NCBI GenBank assembly: GCA_050873585.1
Contig: JBNMJA010000001.1
Location: 1-58,729 of the forward strand
Reading direction: 5' to 3'
Source: Bacillota bacterium
GTDB lineage: Bacteria > Bacillota > Clostridia > Christensenellales > CAG-917
Length of the DNA: 58,729 bases
Part shown: positions 1 to 9,146 of the stretch, piece by piece
How positions within the stretch are numbered: the stretch's first letter is position 1
Layout: each line of letters starts with the position of its first letter
The notes under the pieces: model-generated
What the model was told of the DNA's origin: nothing
Database searches by the model: none
Seen by the model: only the letters and a program-made list of their open reading frames with translations
Made by a program: the position numbers and the translations under genes

Positions 1-365
1 AAATTAGGGTTGCCATTCAAGGGGTGCTTTCGCATTATTCATCTGTTTGGACGCTTTATTCGTTTCATATAGCGAATAACTGTGTCAGAGCCGCCCGCTT
101 GTCAACTCATTTACGCTTACTAAATTGGGGTTGCCAATCGGGCGGCTCTTTCTTGTTCTTCATCTATTTGAGATCTTATTCAAGAACGATAGTTTGTTTT
201 TCATCCAAATATCGCGACCGTTTTACGGTTGTTGAACGAATACCGAAGCCAAAGACATTGCAACTCATTTACGCTTAGTAAATTGGGGTTGCCATTCAAG
301 GGGTGCTTTCGCATTATTCATCTATTTGAGACCTTATTCTAAACTAGTTCGTTGAATAACTGATA
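1..365 (+). repeat. Cluster of tandem and fragmentary copies of a ~105-130 nt palindromic intergenic element (apex variant B)
   Basis: Near-identical strings AAATT(A/G)GGGTTGCCATTCAAGGGGTGCTTTCGCATTATTCATCT occur at 1-45 and 280-325. A complete copy lies at 66-170, with arms CGAATAACTGTGTCAGAGCCGCCCG and CGGGCGGCTCTTTCTTGTTCTTCATC. Arm fragments lie near 193-215 and 349-365. The same family recurs at 8 other loci in this window. Confidence 0.85.
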
Positions 366-401
366 ATTGTATGATGTGACATTAATGTTGTTTTAGGGGT
401 C

Positions 402-2447
402 TTGTTAAGAGTTAATAAGTATGATAATATAGTCTTGAGTAGGACGGATGACTATATGAGGATTACAAAAAAATACTATAATAAGCGAAGGCACAAGTTT
501 TATATTGAAAGAACTTGCAATGATGGACATGTTTTGACAAATGAGTATGATTCATTTGTTAATTTTTATAAGGGCGCAAAAGGAGATTTGTGTTTTGCCG
601 ATTTACTTGATTATGACTTTGCAGATGTTAATTTATCCCGATACAATTTTTCAGGTGCAAAACTATCATCGGAAATTAGACAAAAACTTAATATCTATGA
701 TAATGATTTGCATATTCAGTTAGGACAAAATGTGCGTGACGAGAAAACATTGTGTGTAAGGGAAATCCCACCAAAAAATAAATTCTTATGTGAACATAAT
801 AAGGCTATTTATAATGATAAAAATTTGTGTGTTTGTTATATCAGTGACCTGCATTTGGATGTGAAAATATTGAATAAGTATCCTGATGCTGTGAATACGG
901 ACGAGATTTATAGATATTTGCAAAAGAAAGTGTTGGCATTAAAGAACACTATTCCCCAAAATAGCAATTTGCAATATTGGAATAATATTAATTGTAGGAG
1001 AGTAAAGATAATCATAATAGGGGATGTCTCTTGTAATTTCGAAGTGTTCAAAACATTTTTTACTGTTTATAGAGAACATATAAACAATCAAACATTTTTT
1101 ATACTCGGAAATCACGAGTTGTGGGATAAGAAATTAATAGACGAATGTGGGACGTTAGAAAAAATAGTTGACAAATATCGCTCATTTTTGGCGAGCAAAG
1201 ATATCATGCTTCTTGAAAATCAATTGTATCTATCTGATTGCGACCCACACGTTTTATCTAATGAAGAAATTGTTTCTATGGACGATCAATCATTAGCATG
1301 TATTATAAATCGCAATAGATTTGTAGTATTTGGAGGTATTGGCTTTTCCGGATGGAATAATACATTTAATTGGAATAATGGTATATATAGATCCGCACCA
1401 TTGGATAGGAATGAAGAAATTGAGTTGTCAAAAAGGGTTGATTATATTTATCGCAAATTATCAAAAGTAGCGGAAGATTATAGCATTATTTGGGCAACGC
1501 ATATGCCAAAAGAAGATTATACCAGTGCACCATATAATAAGAAATGGGTGTATTTATCGGGGCATACGCACAAAAACATTTTTGAAGATAGCGATAGCAA
1601 ACGCATTTATGCCGACAATCAAGTTGGATACAAAAGATTGTCTTTTGGCTTTAAGCAATTTTGGATATCGCCTTTTGAAGATATGTTCGAAAGCAAAAAA
1701 GATGGTATATATGAAATAACAGCAGAACAATATCGCTATTTTTATCGTGCAATAGAGAAATCCATTGATTTTTACAGATCGTATTACAAGATATATATGA
1801 TTAAAAAATCAGGAATGTATTGCTTTTTAATGCAAAAAAAAGAATGTGGTGATATTAAGATTCTTGCAGGTGGAAATGTAAGGAACACGGGGCGAATGGA
1901 TGTAAAATACTTTTATGACAATTTAGAAAATTACACAATGTCATTAAATAAATATTTGAAAAAGTATACTGAATACCAAAAGGAAATAGCGCAATGGGTC
2001 TGTGATTTTGGAGGTGACGGAACAATTCATGGGTGTATAGTTGATATTGATTTTAATAATCATATATATGTTAATCCTATTGATGCAAAGATTACACCAT
2101 ATTGGGCAAGGAATATTTCATACAAATTTGTTTATAAAAATGTCGCAAGTCTTTTGGCTTATCATAGGCGAGATTTATATGACAAGTTATTGCAAGGCAA
2201 TGTTAGTGCAGAAAACAGTTTAGTTAAGATTGATGACCAAATTGAGTTTGACGATGACTTCGTTTCGGATACAAGCATATACAGATTGTCAAAAGTAGTT
2301 TATAATTTACAGTTTGCAGCAAGAGATAATATCGTAAGAGTGTGGTTCGATGATTTGCTCAATGCACCTTCAGAACAGAATGGGAAAGCAATAATAGAAC
2401 AATTAGCGCAATTGCCAGAATACAATGTGGATAATATAGAGCAGTGA
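402..2447 (+). CDS. Pentapeptide-repeat / calcineurin-like metallophosphoesterase fusion protein with an unassigned ~260 aa C-terminal region
   Basis: 681-codon ORF with TTG at 402 and an alternative ATG at 456. It has a pentapeptide-like run ADLLD-YDFAD-VNLSR-YNFSG-AKLSS. The full metallophosphoesterase motif set is present: SDLHLD, IIGDVS, GNHELW, ATHMP, GHTHKN. Hand-counted 60-nt samples give 28-30% GC. Confidence 0.8.
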   Translation: MLRVNKYDNIVLSRTDDYMRITKKYYNKRRHKFYIERTCNDGHVLTNEYDSFVNFYKGAKGDLCFADLLDYDFADVNLSRYNFSGAKLSSEIRQKLNIYDNDLHIQLGQNVRDEKTLCVREIPPKNKFLCEHNKAIYNDKNLCVCYISDLHLDVKILNKYPDAVNTDEIYRYLQKKVLALKNTIPQNSNLQYWNNINCRRVKIIIIGDVSCNFEVFKTFFTVYREHINNQTFFILGNHELWDKKLIDECGTLEKIVDKYRSFLASKDIMLLENQLYLSDCDPHVLSNEEIVSMDDQSLACIINRNRFVVFGGIGFSGWNNTFNWNNGIYRSAPLDRNEEIELSKRVDYIYRKLSKVAEDYSIIWATHMPKEDYTSAPYNKKWVYLSGHTHKNIFEDSDSKRIYADNQVGYKRLSFGFKQFWISPFEDMFESKKDGIYEITAEQYRYFYRAIEKSIDFYRSYYKIYMIKKSGMYCFLMQKKECGDIKILAGGNVRNTGRMDVKYFYDNLENYTMSLNKYLKKYTEYQKEIAQWVCDFGGDGTIHGCIVDIDFNNHIYVNPIDAKITPYWARNISYKFVYKNVASLLAYHRRDLYDKLLQGNVSAENSLVKIDDQIEFDDDFVSDTSIYRLSKVVYNLQFAARDNIVRVWFDDLLNAPSEQNGKAIIEQLAQLPEYNVDNIEQ

Positions 2448-2486
2448 GTCTAAATGTGGGTATTATCTCTAGTTTGTATAAGCAAT

Positions 2487-3041
2487 TTACTCGTTCATTA
2501 TCAAAAAATAGTCTGTAAGTCTTTCGGGGGTGTCGGCGAAGGCGGTGGAGTCCCAATATTCGACCAAAAGCACGAAATTTTCGATTATTGAATTGATTTT
2601 CAGAGATTTTGGAAGATCTTTGCCGATTACGAAATTGTTTTCAACGCAGGCGGTTGCAAATTCGGCAAGTTCGCCACGCAGATAGTTGAGAAAAGTGTCC
2701 TTGCTTTGCGAGAGCAAAATTGCGTGGACGAGTGCTTTTTCGTCGTGCAAGTGATAGAAGATGTGCGTTATGAAGTGCTTGTAATCGAATATCGACGATT
2801 TTGAAAAATCGTGGCTTTGCTCTTCTTCCACGGAGTGTGAAAAGACGTGACCGAATATCGTCGTGCAAATGGATTTGAGCAAATCCTCTTTGGTTTTGTA
2901 GTGGGCGTAAAACGTGCTGCGTGCCACGCCGCTTTTGTCCAAAACGTCTTGGATTCGTACGTCGGAATACTCTTTTTCAAGCAAAACTTCGGCAAATGCG
3001 TTGTAAATTTTCTCTGTCGTTGCGTTTATCTTTTTGTGCAT
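2487..3041 (-). CDS. TetR/AcrR-family transcriptional regulator
   Basis: 184 aa. The N-terminal HTH IQDVLDKSGVARSTFYAHYKTKEDLL is typical of TetR. An RBS AGAGGTG and a TGaTATAAT -10 lie upstream on the minus strand. The gene is divergent from the ABC operon. Confidence 0.85.
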   Translation of the reverse strand: MHKKINATTEKIYNAFAEVLLEKEYSDVRIQDVLDKSGVARSTFYAHYKTKEDLLKSICTTIFGHVFSHSVEEEQSHDFSKSSIFDYKHFITHIFYHLHDEKALVHAILLSQSKDTFLNYLRGELAEFATACVENNFVIGKDLPKSLKINSIIENFVLLVEYWDSTAFADTPERLTDYFLIMNE

Positions 3042-3183
3042 AATTCACCTCTTTGTCAAATTATATCAAACACGGTGTTCGCTCGTCAATACATTGTGTA
3101 CCGATTTTTGCAAAAAACAAAACATTATGTTCTATTTTGTTTGATTTTTCCATTTTTAACCGTACAATTATTGGCTGAATAAC

Positions 3184-3212
3184 TTGATTCCGATATGTGT
3201 GAATGGTATAAT
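3184..3212 (+). promoter_or_regulatory. Sigma-A-type promoter of the ABC transporter operon (TTGATT-17-TATAAT, TG-extended)
   Basis: TTGATT lies at 3184-3189, followed by a 17-nt spacer ending in TGG, then TATAAT at 3207-3212. The ATG at 3219 lies 7 nt after the -10 with no Shine-Dalgarno. Confidence 0.6.
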
Positions 3213-3218
3213 TTCAGT

Positions 3219-3992
3219 ATGAAAAAAAGCGTGATTCAAGTCAATAATCTATGCGTATACGCGCAGTTTTTGCACTCGTGCGAGAAAATTGTCGGCGGAG
3301 TGTCTTTTTGCGTTTGTGAAGGCGAAAGACTTGCAATCGTTGGAGAATCGGGCAGCGGAAAGTCAATGATTCTGTCGTCGCTCACCTCGTCGCTTGCAGA
3401 AAATTGTTATGCGACGGGAGAAGTGATTTTCGACGGATTGAATTTGCTTGAGAACCGCAAAAAAGCAAAAGATTTTCTCGGAAGAAAAATTGCCCTCGTG
3501 CCGCAGGGCGGAGCGGAATCTCTCAATCCGTCGCTAAAAATAAAGACGCAAATTTACGAGGCGTTTTCTCGCGCGGGAAAGAAGTTGAATCGCGAAGAAA
3601 AAAAAGCGTATTCGATATATAATCTTGCAAAAGTCGGCATAACGAACGGTGAAGAATTGCTTGAAAAATATCCGTTTGAAATCAGCGGCGGAGAGGCGCA
3701 AAGGGTGGTACTTGCCATTGCGCTTTGTTGCGAGCCAACGCTTATCGTTGCCGACGAGGCGACGAGAGGAATCGACGCGCAAACGAGCCAGGCGTTTTGG
3801 AAGTGTATAGACGAGGCGTCATCGTTGATTGTCGTAACTCACGATATAAACGTCGCAAAAAAATGTGACTTCGTGCTCGTGCTCAAAGACGGAGAAGTGC
3901 AAGAATACGGCAGTGCCGAAACCGTTCTTGAAAATCCGCAAAGCGAATACACGAAACAACTGATATCGGCGTGCGAGGTGCAAGATGCTTGA
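3219..3992 (+). CDS. ABC transporter ATP-binding protein (OppD/DppD/NikD-like)
   Basis: Walker A GESGSGKS, signature ISGGEAQRV and Walker B LIVADEATRGID are present. The start was chosen at ATG 3219 (MKKSVIQV). The ORF track opens at ATG 3195, which would lie inside the promoter. Confidence 0.85.
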   Translation: MKKSVIQVNNLCVYAQFLHSCEKIVGGVSFCVCEGERLAIVGESGSGKSMILSSLTSSLAENCYATGEVIFDGLNLLENRKKAKDFLGRKIALVPQGGAESLNPSLKIKTQIYEAFSRAGKKLNREEKKAYSIYNLAKVGITNGEELLEKYPFEISGGEAQRVVLAIALCCEPTLIVADEATRGIDAQTSQAFWKCIDEASSLIVVTHDINVAKKCDFVLVLKDGEVQEYGSAETVLENPQSEYTKQLISACEVQDA

Positions 3993-4683
3993 GATAAATG
4001 ACGTGTCAAAAACTTTCGCCGTCGGCGATAAAAAATCAAAATCATGCGTTTATCCGCTAAAAAACGTGTCTTTAACAATCGATAACGGCAAAAAGATTGG
4101 CTTGGTGGGCAAAAGCGGACAGGGCAAAAGCACTCTTGCGAATATCGTTTGCGGCGTAATTTCTCCTGATTCGGGACAAGTGGTTCTTGACGGGGAAGCG
4201 CTGTTTGACGACAAAAACAGGTACGACAAAAAGGCGGGCGTCAAAGTTCAACTCATTCCGCAGAAACCGTTGCTTGCGCTCGATCCCACGCAACGCGTCG
4301 GGAGTGCGATAAAGGAAGCGTTGGTGTTTGCAAAGGCTGCAAAACGAGGCAGGGACGCACGGGATAAGGCAGTGAATCTTTTTGAGGTCGTGGGGCTCGA
4401 AGACGCGCTTTCGTCAAGACTTCCTTCTCAGCTCAGCGGAGGACAGGCGCAGAGAGTCGTGATAGCGCGTGCGCTTGCCGTCAATCCGCAAATTCTAGTT
4501 TGCGACGAGTGTACGTCTATGCTTGACGCAACCACCGAAAACAACGTGATTGAATTGTTGGATTCGCTTGTGAAAAACAGGGGCATATCGCTGTTGTTTA
4601 TCTCCCACGCCGAGAAGCGAGTTGCGGATTTTTGCGACGAAATCTATCGTCTCGACGACGGGATTCTCGAACGAATAAAATAA
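3985..4683 (+). CDS. ABC transporter ATP-binding protein (OppF/DppF/NikE-like)
   Basis: Walker A GKSGQGKST, signature LSGGQAQRV and Walker B ILVCDECTSMLD are present. It overlaps the upstream gene by 8 nt, which suggests translational coupling. Confidence 0.9.
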   Translation: MLEINDVSKTFAVGDKKSKSCVYPLKNVSLTIDNGKKIGLVGKSGQGKSTLANIVCGVISPDSGQVVLDGEALFDDKNRYDKKAGVKVQLIPQKPLLALDPTQRVGSAIKEALVFAKAAKRGRDARDKAVNLFEVVGLEDALSSRLPSQLSGGQAQRVVIARALAVNPQILVCDECTSMLDATTENNVIELLDSLVKNRGISLLFISHAEKRVADFCDEIYRLDDGILERIK

Positions 4684-4698
4684 AAACGGAATTTTGAC

Positions 4699-6297
4699 GT
4701 GAATATGAAAACGAAACGTAAAAACGGAGTTTTGATTCTTGTTGCAATTATGTTTGTCGTCGTTGCGACGGCAACGCTTTTTGCGTGCAATCCGAAGGAC
4801 GACGGTAGAAAAAACGTTCTAGTCGTAGGAACGACGCTCGAAATAGATTCGCTCAACAGGTTGGACGTGTCGGGCGGTGCGCCCGGATATAATTTCGACA
4901 AAATCGCGTCGACGGTATCTCAAGTTTCGGCAGTAAGCAAAATCGACGGTCGGTACGTCGGGGTGGATTGCGATTATGCGGTTTCAGAGGACGGCAAAGA
5001 GGTCACGCTCACGCAAAAAAACGGATTTAAGTGGCACGATGGCAACAACGTGACGATTGACGACGTGGAATTTTCGCTGTCATCGCTTGCCGAAGATTGC
5101 CAAAGCATAAAAAAGAGAGGCAACTCGCTCGTGTTTGCGCTGTCCGTGCCTTCGGACACCTTCCTTGAAAAAGCGGCGAGCGTTACGATAATGCCAAAGC
5201 ATATTTTCGATGGAAAAACCAAGGACGAGGTGACCGACGAACAATCCGTCGTCGGCGCAGGTCCTTTCAAATTCGTCAAATTCGACAAACCGTCGGGAAC
5301 GGTCACGTTTGAGAAATTTGCCGATTATCCGTATGCAAGCGATATCGAATTCGAAAAAGTGATATTCAAAAAATACAACTCGCAACAGGTGTTGGCATTG
5401 GCTTTGAAGAGTGGAGAAGTCGATTTGATTTACAACTATTCAAAAGGACTTACGAGCGAAGAGATTGCGGCACTCGGCGCGGCAAAAGACGTCCGCGTTA
5501 TTTCGCAATCCACTAAAGCGGTGCCTAAGGTGTTGTTTTTCAACAACCAAAAAATGACGAACGTCAACGTTAAACGCGCAATTGCGCTGTCTATCGACTT
5601 TGACAAAATCCGCTCGACGTTTGCCTCCGCATCGGCGTCGCCGGCTAGGGAAGGTTTCGTCGGAGAGGGGATTTTCGGGTACAAGGAAACGCCCGTGTGG
5701 AAGCGTGACCTTCAAAAAGCAAAAGAGTTGCTTGAAAAGGAAGGTTATTCGGCTTCGAATAAATTTTATTTCGAACTCCTCGTTCACTCGGGTACGGACG
5801 ACGCGCAATACGCTCTTTTGCTCAAAACGCAGATAGAGGAAAACGGCATCGTGAGAGTCAATCTCGTTGAAAAGGGTAGCGATTGGCAACAGTATTATCA
5901 GGCAGGCAACCATATGGCAAGCCTTTGCAAAATCACCGCAAAAGGATACGATTTCGACGCAGGGTATGCGACGAGATACACGCTTGCTCAAAATACGAGT
6001 TTACTCGAAATTAAAAACCCCGTCGCGCACGGACAAATGATCGTCGAGGACGAGAGCGGCAATCTTACCGAATACGGAAAAATCATTTACGCAATGAAAG
6101 ACGCCTCGACGACAGCCGCTCTTGAAAAGGCAGTCGGAGAATATCAGGACTATATTGCCGCAAACGTTTTGTGCGTGCCGCTCTTTTACGACGGTGTGAG
6201 TTACGGTGTAAACGCAAATCTTGACGGATTCAGCATGGACGGCACTTACGGGATCCTGAACGTGGTGACTTTCAGAACGCTGAAAAGAAACCGATAG
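4699..6297 (+). CDS. Family-5 (peptide/nickel/opine type) ABC substrate-binding lipoprotein
   Basis: 532 aa with a signal peptide and lipobox LFAC. Its size and context, between the ATPases and the DppB/C-like permeases, fit this call. The start could be GTG 4699 or ATG 4705. Confidence 0.8.
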   Translation: MNMKTKRKNGVLILVAIMFVVVATATLFACNPKDDGRKNVLVVGTTLEIDSLNRLDVSGGAPGYNFDKIASTVSQVSAVSKIDGRYVGVDCDYAVSEDGKEVTLTQKNGFKWHDGNNVTIDDVEFSLSSLAEDCQSIKKRGNSLVFALSVPSDTFLEKAASVTIMPKHIFDGKTKDEVTDEQSVVGAGPFKFVKFDKPSGTVTFEKFADYPYASDIEFEKVIFKKYNSQQVLALALKSGEVDLIYNYSKGLTSEEIAALGAAKDVRVISQSTKAVPKVLFFNNQKMTNVNVKRAIALSIDFDKIRSTFASASASPAREGFVGEGIFGYKETPVWKRDLQKAKELLEKEGYSASNKFYFELLVHSGTDDAQYALLLKTQIEENGIVRVNLVEKGSDWQQYYQAGNHMASLCKITAKGYDFDAGYATRYTLAQNTSLLEIKNPVAHGQMIVEDESGNLTEYGKIIYAMKDASTTAALEKAVGEYQDYIAANVLCVPLFYDGVSYGVNANLDGFSMDGTYGILNVVTFRTLKRNR

Positions 6298-6377
6298 AAA
6301 ACAGAAAAAATGGCACAAAAGCGAGTTTATAAAACATAAACGGTTAGATAAAACCCGTTTTTGCGCGGAAATACGAC

Positions 6378-7340
6378 ATGGCAAAAAGGATATGCAAAAG
6401 CTTAATCTTCTCTTTGGTTGCGCTTGCGACGATATTCGTCGTCAATTTCTTTCTACCAAGACTTATGCCCGGCGACCCGCTTGCGAATCTCATAGGCGCA
6501 GACGAAGCGACGCTGACGCAAACCGAATACGAGGCACTGTATCACGCCACGGGACTTGATTTGCCGCTCGGAAAACAGTTTGCGAATTACGTTGTCGATT
6601 TGTTCGAGGGGGAGTGGGGGTATTCCTATCATCAAGGGGCCGACGTCGGCGCGATTCTGCTTGAAAAGATACCTCGCACGTTGCAGATAACGTTGCCTGC
6701 GTGGGTTTTGTCCGCGTTGGTTGCATTGTGGTTGGGGCTTGCGACAGGCAATAAAAAATCGAGCTTGTTTGACGTGGGATTGAGCGGAACGATGATGTTT
6801 ATCGACGCAATCCCGACCTTTCTGCTTGCCATAGTGTTTCTCGTGCTGTTTGCGTTCGAGTGGAAAATTCTGCCTTCGGGCGGACTGAACTCGGCGTTTG
6901 CGCAAAACGTTTTTGCGGATAGATTGCAACACTTGGTTATGCCCGTGGCAACGCTTGCGATTGCATCGACCCCGAAAAAGTATTTGCTCGTGCGCAATCA
7001 GTGCGCAAGCATACGCGACGCGCAGTATATGTCATACGCGCGTGCAAAAGGAATATCGGGAGAAAGGCTGAACTTCGTTCACTCGTTTCCCAATATATCG
7101 GGTGCGTTTATATCAATGCTCGGCACGAGTTTCGGGCATATGATTGCCGGCTCGATTATCATAGAGAAAGTGTTTTCCGTAGACGGCGTGGGCATGCTTG
7201 TTAATCGAGCGATATTCGACAAGGATTTCCCTATGCTCCAAGGCGCGTTGCTCGTGATTTCGGCGAGCGTGATAATTTCCAACTTCGTGGCGGATATAAT
7301 CGCCGTATTGTGCGATCCGCGACAAAGGAGGGAAGCGTGA
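6378..7340 (+). CDS. ABC transporter permease (OppB/DppB-like)
   Basis: 320 aa and multi-TM. It has the N-terminal motif PRLMPGDPLANL typical of DppB/OppB permeases. Confidence 0.88.
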   Translation: MAKRICKSLIFSLVALATIFVVNFFLPRLMPGDPLANLIGADEATLTQTEYEALYHATGLDLPLGKQFANYVVDLFEGEWGYSYHQGADVGAILLEKIPRTLQITLPAWVLSALVALWLGLATGNKKSSLFDVGLSGTMMFIDAIPTFLLAIVFLVLFAFEWKILPSGGLNSAFAQNVFADRLQHLVMPVATLAIASTPKKYLLVRNQCASIRDAQYMSYARAKGISGERLNFVHSFPNISGAFISMLGTSFGHMIAGSIIIEKVFSVDGVGMLVNRAIFDKDFPMLQGALLVISASVIISNFVADIIAVLCDPRQRREA

Positions 7341-8197
7341 AGTATAGTAAGATTTATAATGCCAAACGGGCGCTTGCTCTTGCGATGTTTTTGCTTGGAA
7401 TCGCCGTAATCGCGACGTTTGCGGTTTTTGCGATATTCGGTGAGAAAATCGCGCCTTATTCTCCAGGTGAGAGTTTCGACAAATTTTTGCCTTGTTCGAG
7501 CGAGCATATCCTCGGCACGAACAATCTCGGATACGATATATTTTCTCAACTTGTCGTGGCAACGCGCTCTACGCTTATCGTGGGCGTGACGAGTGCGCTT
7601 GCATGCCTCGTCATCGGCGTGGCGATGGGGCTGCTGTCGGGATATATCGGCGGCGTGTGTTCGGAGGCTCTGAACGGCGTTATTAACTTCTTCCTGCTTG
7701 TGCCGATGCTTCCTGCGGCAATCGTTATTGCGGCGTATACGGGCGGCGAAAGAGGAGGAATTATCCTCACCATATCTTTGCTTTGTTGGTGCTCTACGGC
7801 AAGGGCGGTGCGAGCAAAAACAATGGCGGTCAAAAACTCCGACTACGTGCGTGCGCTCAAATCGCTCGGCTACGGCGGCGCGAGGATTCTCGTCCGTCAC
7901 ACATTGCCCAACGTTATGGACGTTGCACTTGCAAAATTCGTGCCGTCGGTTGCGAGTTGTATTATGGTTGAGGCAACGCTGAGTTTTCTCGGTATGGGAA
8001 GCGTGACGGATATAACCTGGGGAGTGATGATACAAAACGCTTTTGAATACGGCGGCATTACGTTGGGAAAGTACGCATGGATTATCGCGCCCGGCGCATG
8101 TATCGTATTGCTTCAACTGTCCGCCTATATGATAAGCCAATACGTTGACTTCAGACGTAAAATCGTGCAAGAAAGCACGTTGAAGTGTAAAGAATAA
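7337..8197 (+). CDS. ABC transporter permease (OppC/DppC-like)
   Basis: Multi-TM ORF. GTG 7337 is preceded by AGGAGGG and overlaps the upstream TGA (GTGA). The ORF track opens 27 nt earlier at 7310. Confidence 0.85.
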   Translation: MKYSKIYNAKRALALAMFLLGIAVIATFAVFAIFGEKIAPYSPGESFDKFLPCSSEHILGTNNLGYDIFSQLVVATRSTLIVGVTSALACLVIGVAMGLLSGYIGGVCSEALNGVINFFLLVPMLPAAIVIAAYTGGERGGIILTISLLCWCSTARAVRAKTMAVKNSDYVRALKSLGYGGARILVRHTLPNVMDVALAKFVPSVASCIMVEATLSFLGMGSVTDITWGVMIQNAFEYGGITLGKYAWIIAPGACIVLLQLSAYMISQYVDFRRKIVQESTLKCKE

Positions 8198-8233
8198 ACA
8201 AATGAAGTGCCGATTTAGGCACAAGGAGAAAAG

Positions 8234-9064
8234 ATGTGTCTTGGTGACCCGAATTGCAACTGCAATAAGATAAGCGACGTGAGAGCGCTCCGCGACGACG
8301 AGATTTTGTTTGGAAAAACGCATGCAAACAATGTGCGCGACGACCAAAGAACCGCCGCTGCAAGAGCGTGCGCAAAAGAGAAACCGTGCTATCAGACGTA
8401 TATGGATCTCGGCAATGCGCTTGCCTTTCAGATGCGTTATCACGAGGCTATAGAGTGTTTTGAAAAGGCAAAGAATATTTGTCCGAGCGACTACGTTGCA
8501 AGGCGTAAATGCGCGGGGAGATATCTCTCGACGCTACGCCTTGATGATGCGGCGGCAGAGTTTTCCTGGTGCGTCGAACACGCCGACGATACGCTTGACC
8601 CGAAATATATGCTAGGTTGCTGCAAATACTACGAGGGCAATTTCGACGAGGCAAAAGCACTGTTCGAGGAGTGTATAGACCTTGCAAAAGACAACGGAGA
8701 TATGTACGTTGCCTCGCTTTTCTGGACGGTTGCTTGCGACGTGCGCACGGGCAAAAATCCCGCAAGAGATATGCTCAAGTTTGACAGAACTATGGCGATA
8801 GGACATCACACGGGATATATGCAATCGCTCAAACTTTTCGATGGAGAATCGCTTGCAAGTTGCGATACGATTCCCGATGAGGACGAGCTTCAAAAGTGCA
8901 TATTCAATTACGGCGCTCACCTTTACTATATGTCGGAAGGCAACGCAATGCTTTCGGATTTGTTTTTGGTCAACACACTCAAACTCGACACGTATTTTTC
9001 GGCGTTCGCCTACCTTGGCGCATATACGGAATTCGTCGAAAAAAACGGAATGCCGCGCTTTTGA
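8234..9064 (+). CDS. Hypothetical Cys-rich TPR-like protein, last gene of the ABC operon
   Basis: 276 aa with RBS AAGGAG 6 nt upstream of the ATG. The N-terminus reads MCLGDPNCNC. Helical repeat-like segments are present (YHEAIECFEKAKNICP, GNFDEAKALFEECIDLAK). I recognise no catalytic motif. Confidence 0.65.
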   Translation: MCLGDPNCNCNKISDVRALRDDEILFGKTHANNVRDDQRTAAARACAKEKPCYQTYMDLGNALAFQMRYHEAIECFEKAKNICPSDYVARRKCAGRYLSTLRLDDAAAEFSWCVEHADDTLDPKYMLGCCKYYEGNFDEAKALFEECIDLAKDNGDMYVASLFWTVACDVRTGKNPARDMLKFDRTMAIGHHTGYMQSLKLFDGESLASCDTIPDEDELQKCIFNYGAHLYYMSEGNAMLSDLFLVNTLKLDTYFSAFAYLGAYTEFVEKNGMPRF

Positions 9065-9146
9065 GTATTGACAAATCGCGCATTCGGATTTATAAATATA
9101 ACGAAAAATCAACACGGCGCAAACCGTGAAAAGTTCGGGGGTATAT

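Noticed and set aside
24-278. 84-aa ORF spanning the repeat pile at the window start. Similar ORFs inside other element copies lie at 16787-17173, 30627-30875, 30691-30909 and 44160-44357.
   Set aside because: They read straight through non-coding palindromic elements. Their sequences simply mirror the repeats, and they lack ribosome-binding sites.
1-365. CRISPR array interpretation of the tandem repeats, also considered for 56171-56545.
   Set aside because: The repeat units are 100+ nt long hairpins with no regular short repeat/unique spacer alternation. No cas genes are in the window. The same element occurs singly at many loci.
3100-3135. TetR operator: an inverted repeat AAACAAAA...TTTTGTTT in the divergent promoter region.
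   Set aside because: The inverted repeat is low-complexity A/T-rich with a 12-nt centre. It is indistinguishable from chance.
7079-8443. Very long antisense ORFs opposite well-supported genes. Examples: 7079-8443, 19050-19979, 25210-26178, 26209-27183, 34787-36211, 43167-44126, 45457-46674, 49602-50936, 52401-53636, 54971-56209.
   Set aside because: Each fully overlaps a gene with unmistakable family motifs on the other strand. Their translations are Arg/His/Cys/Phe-rich with no recognisable motifs and no RBS. They are shadow ORFs caused by codon bias of the sense genes.
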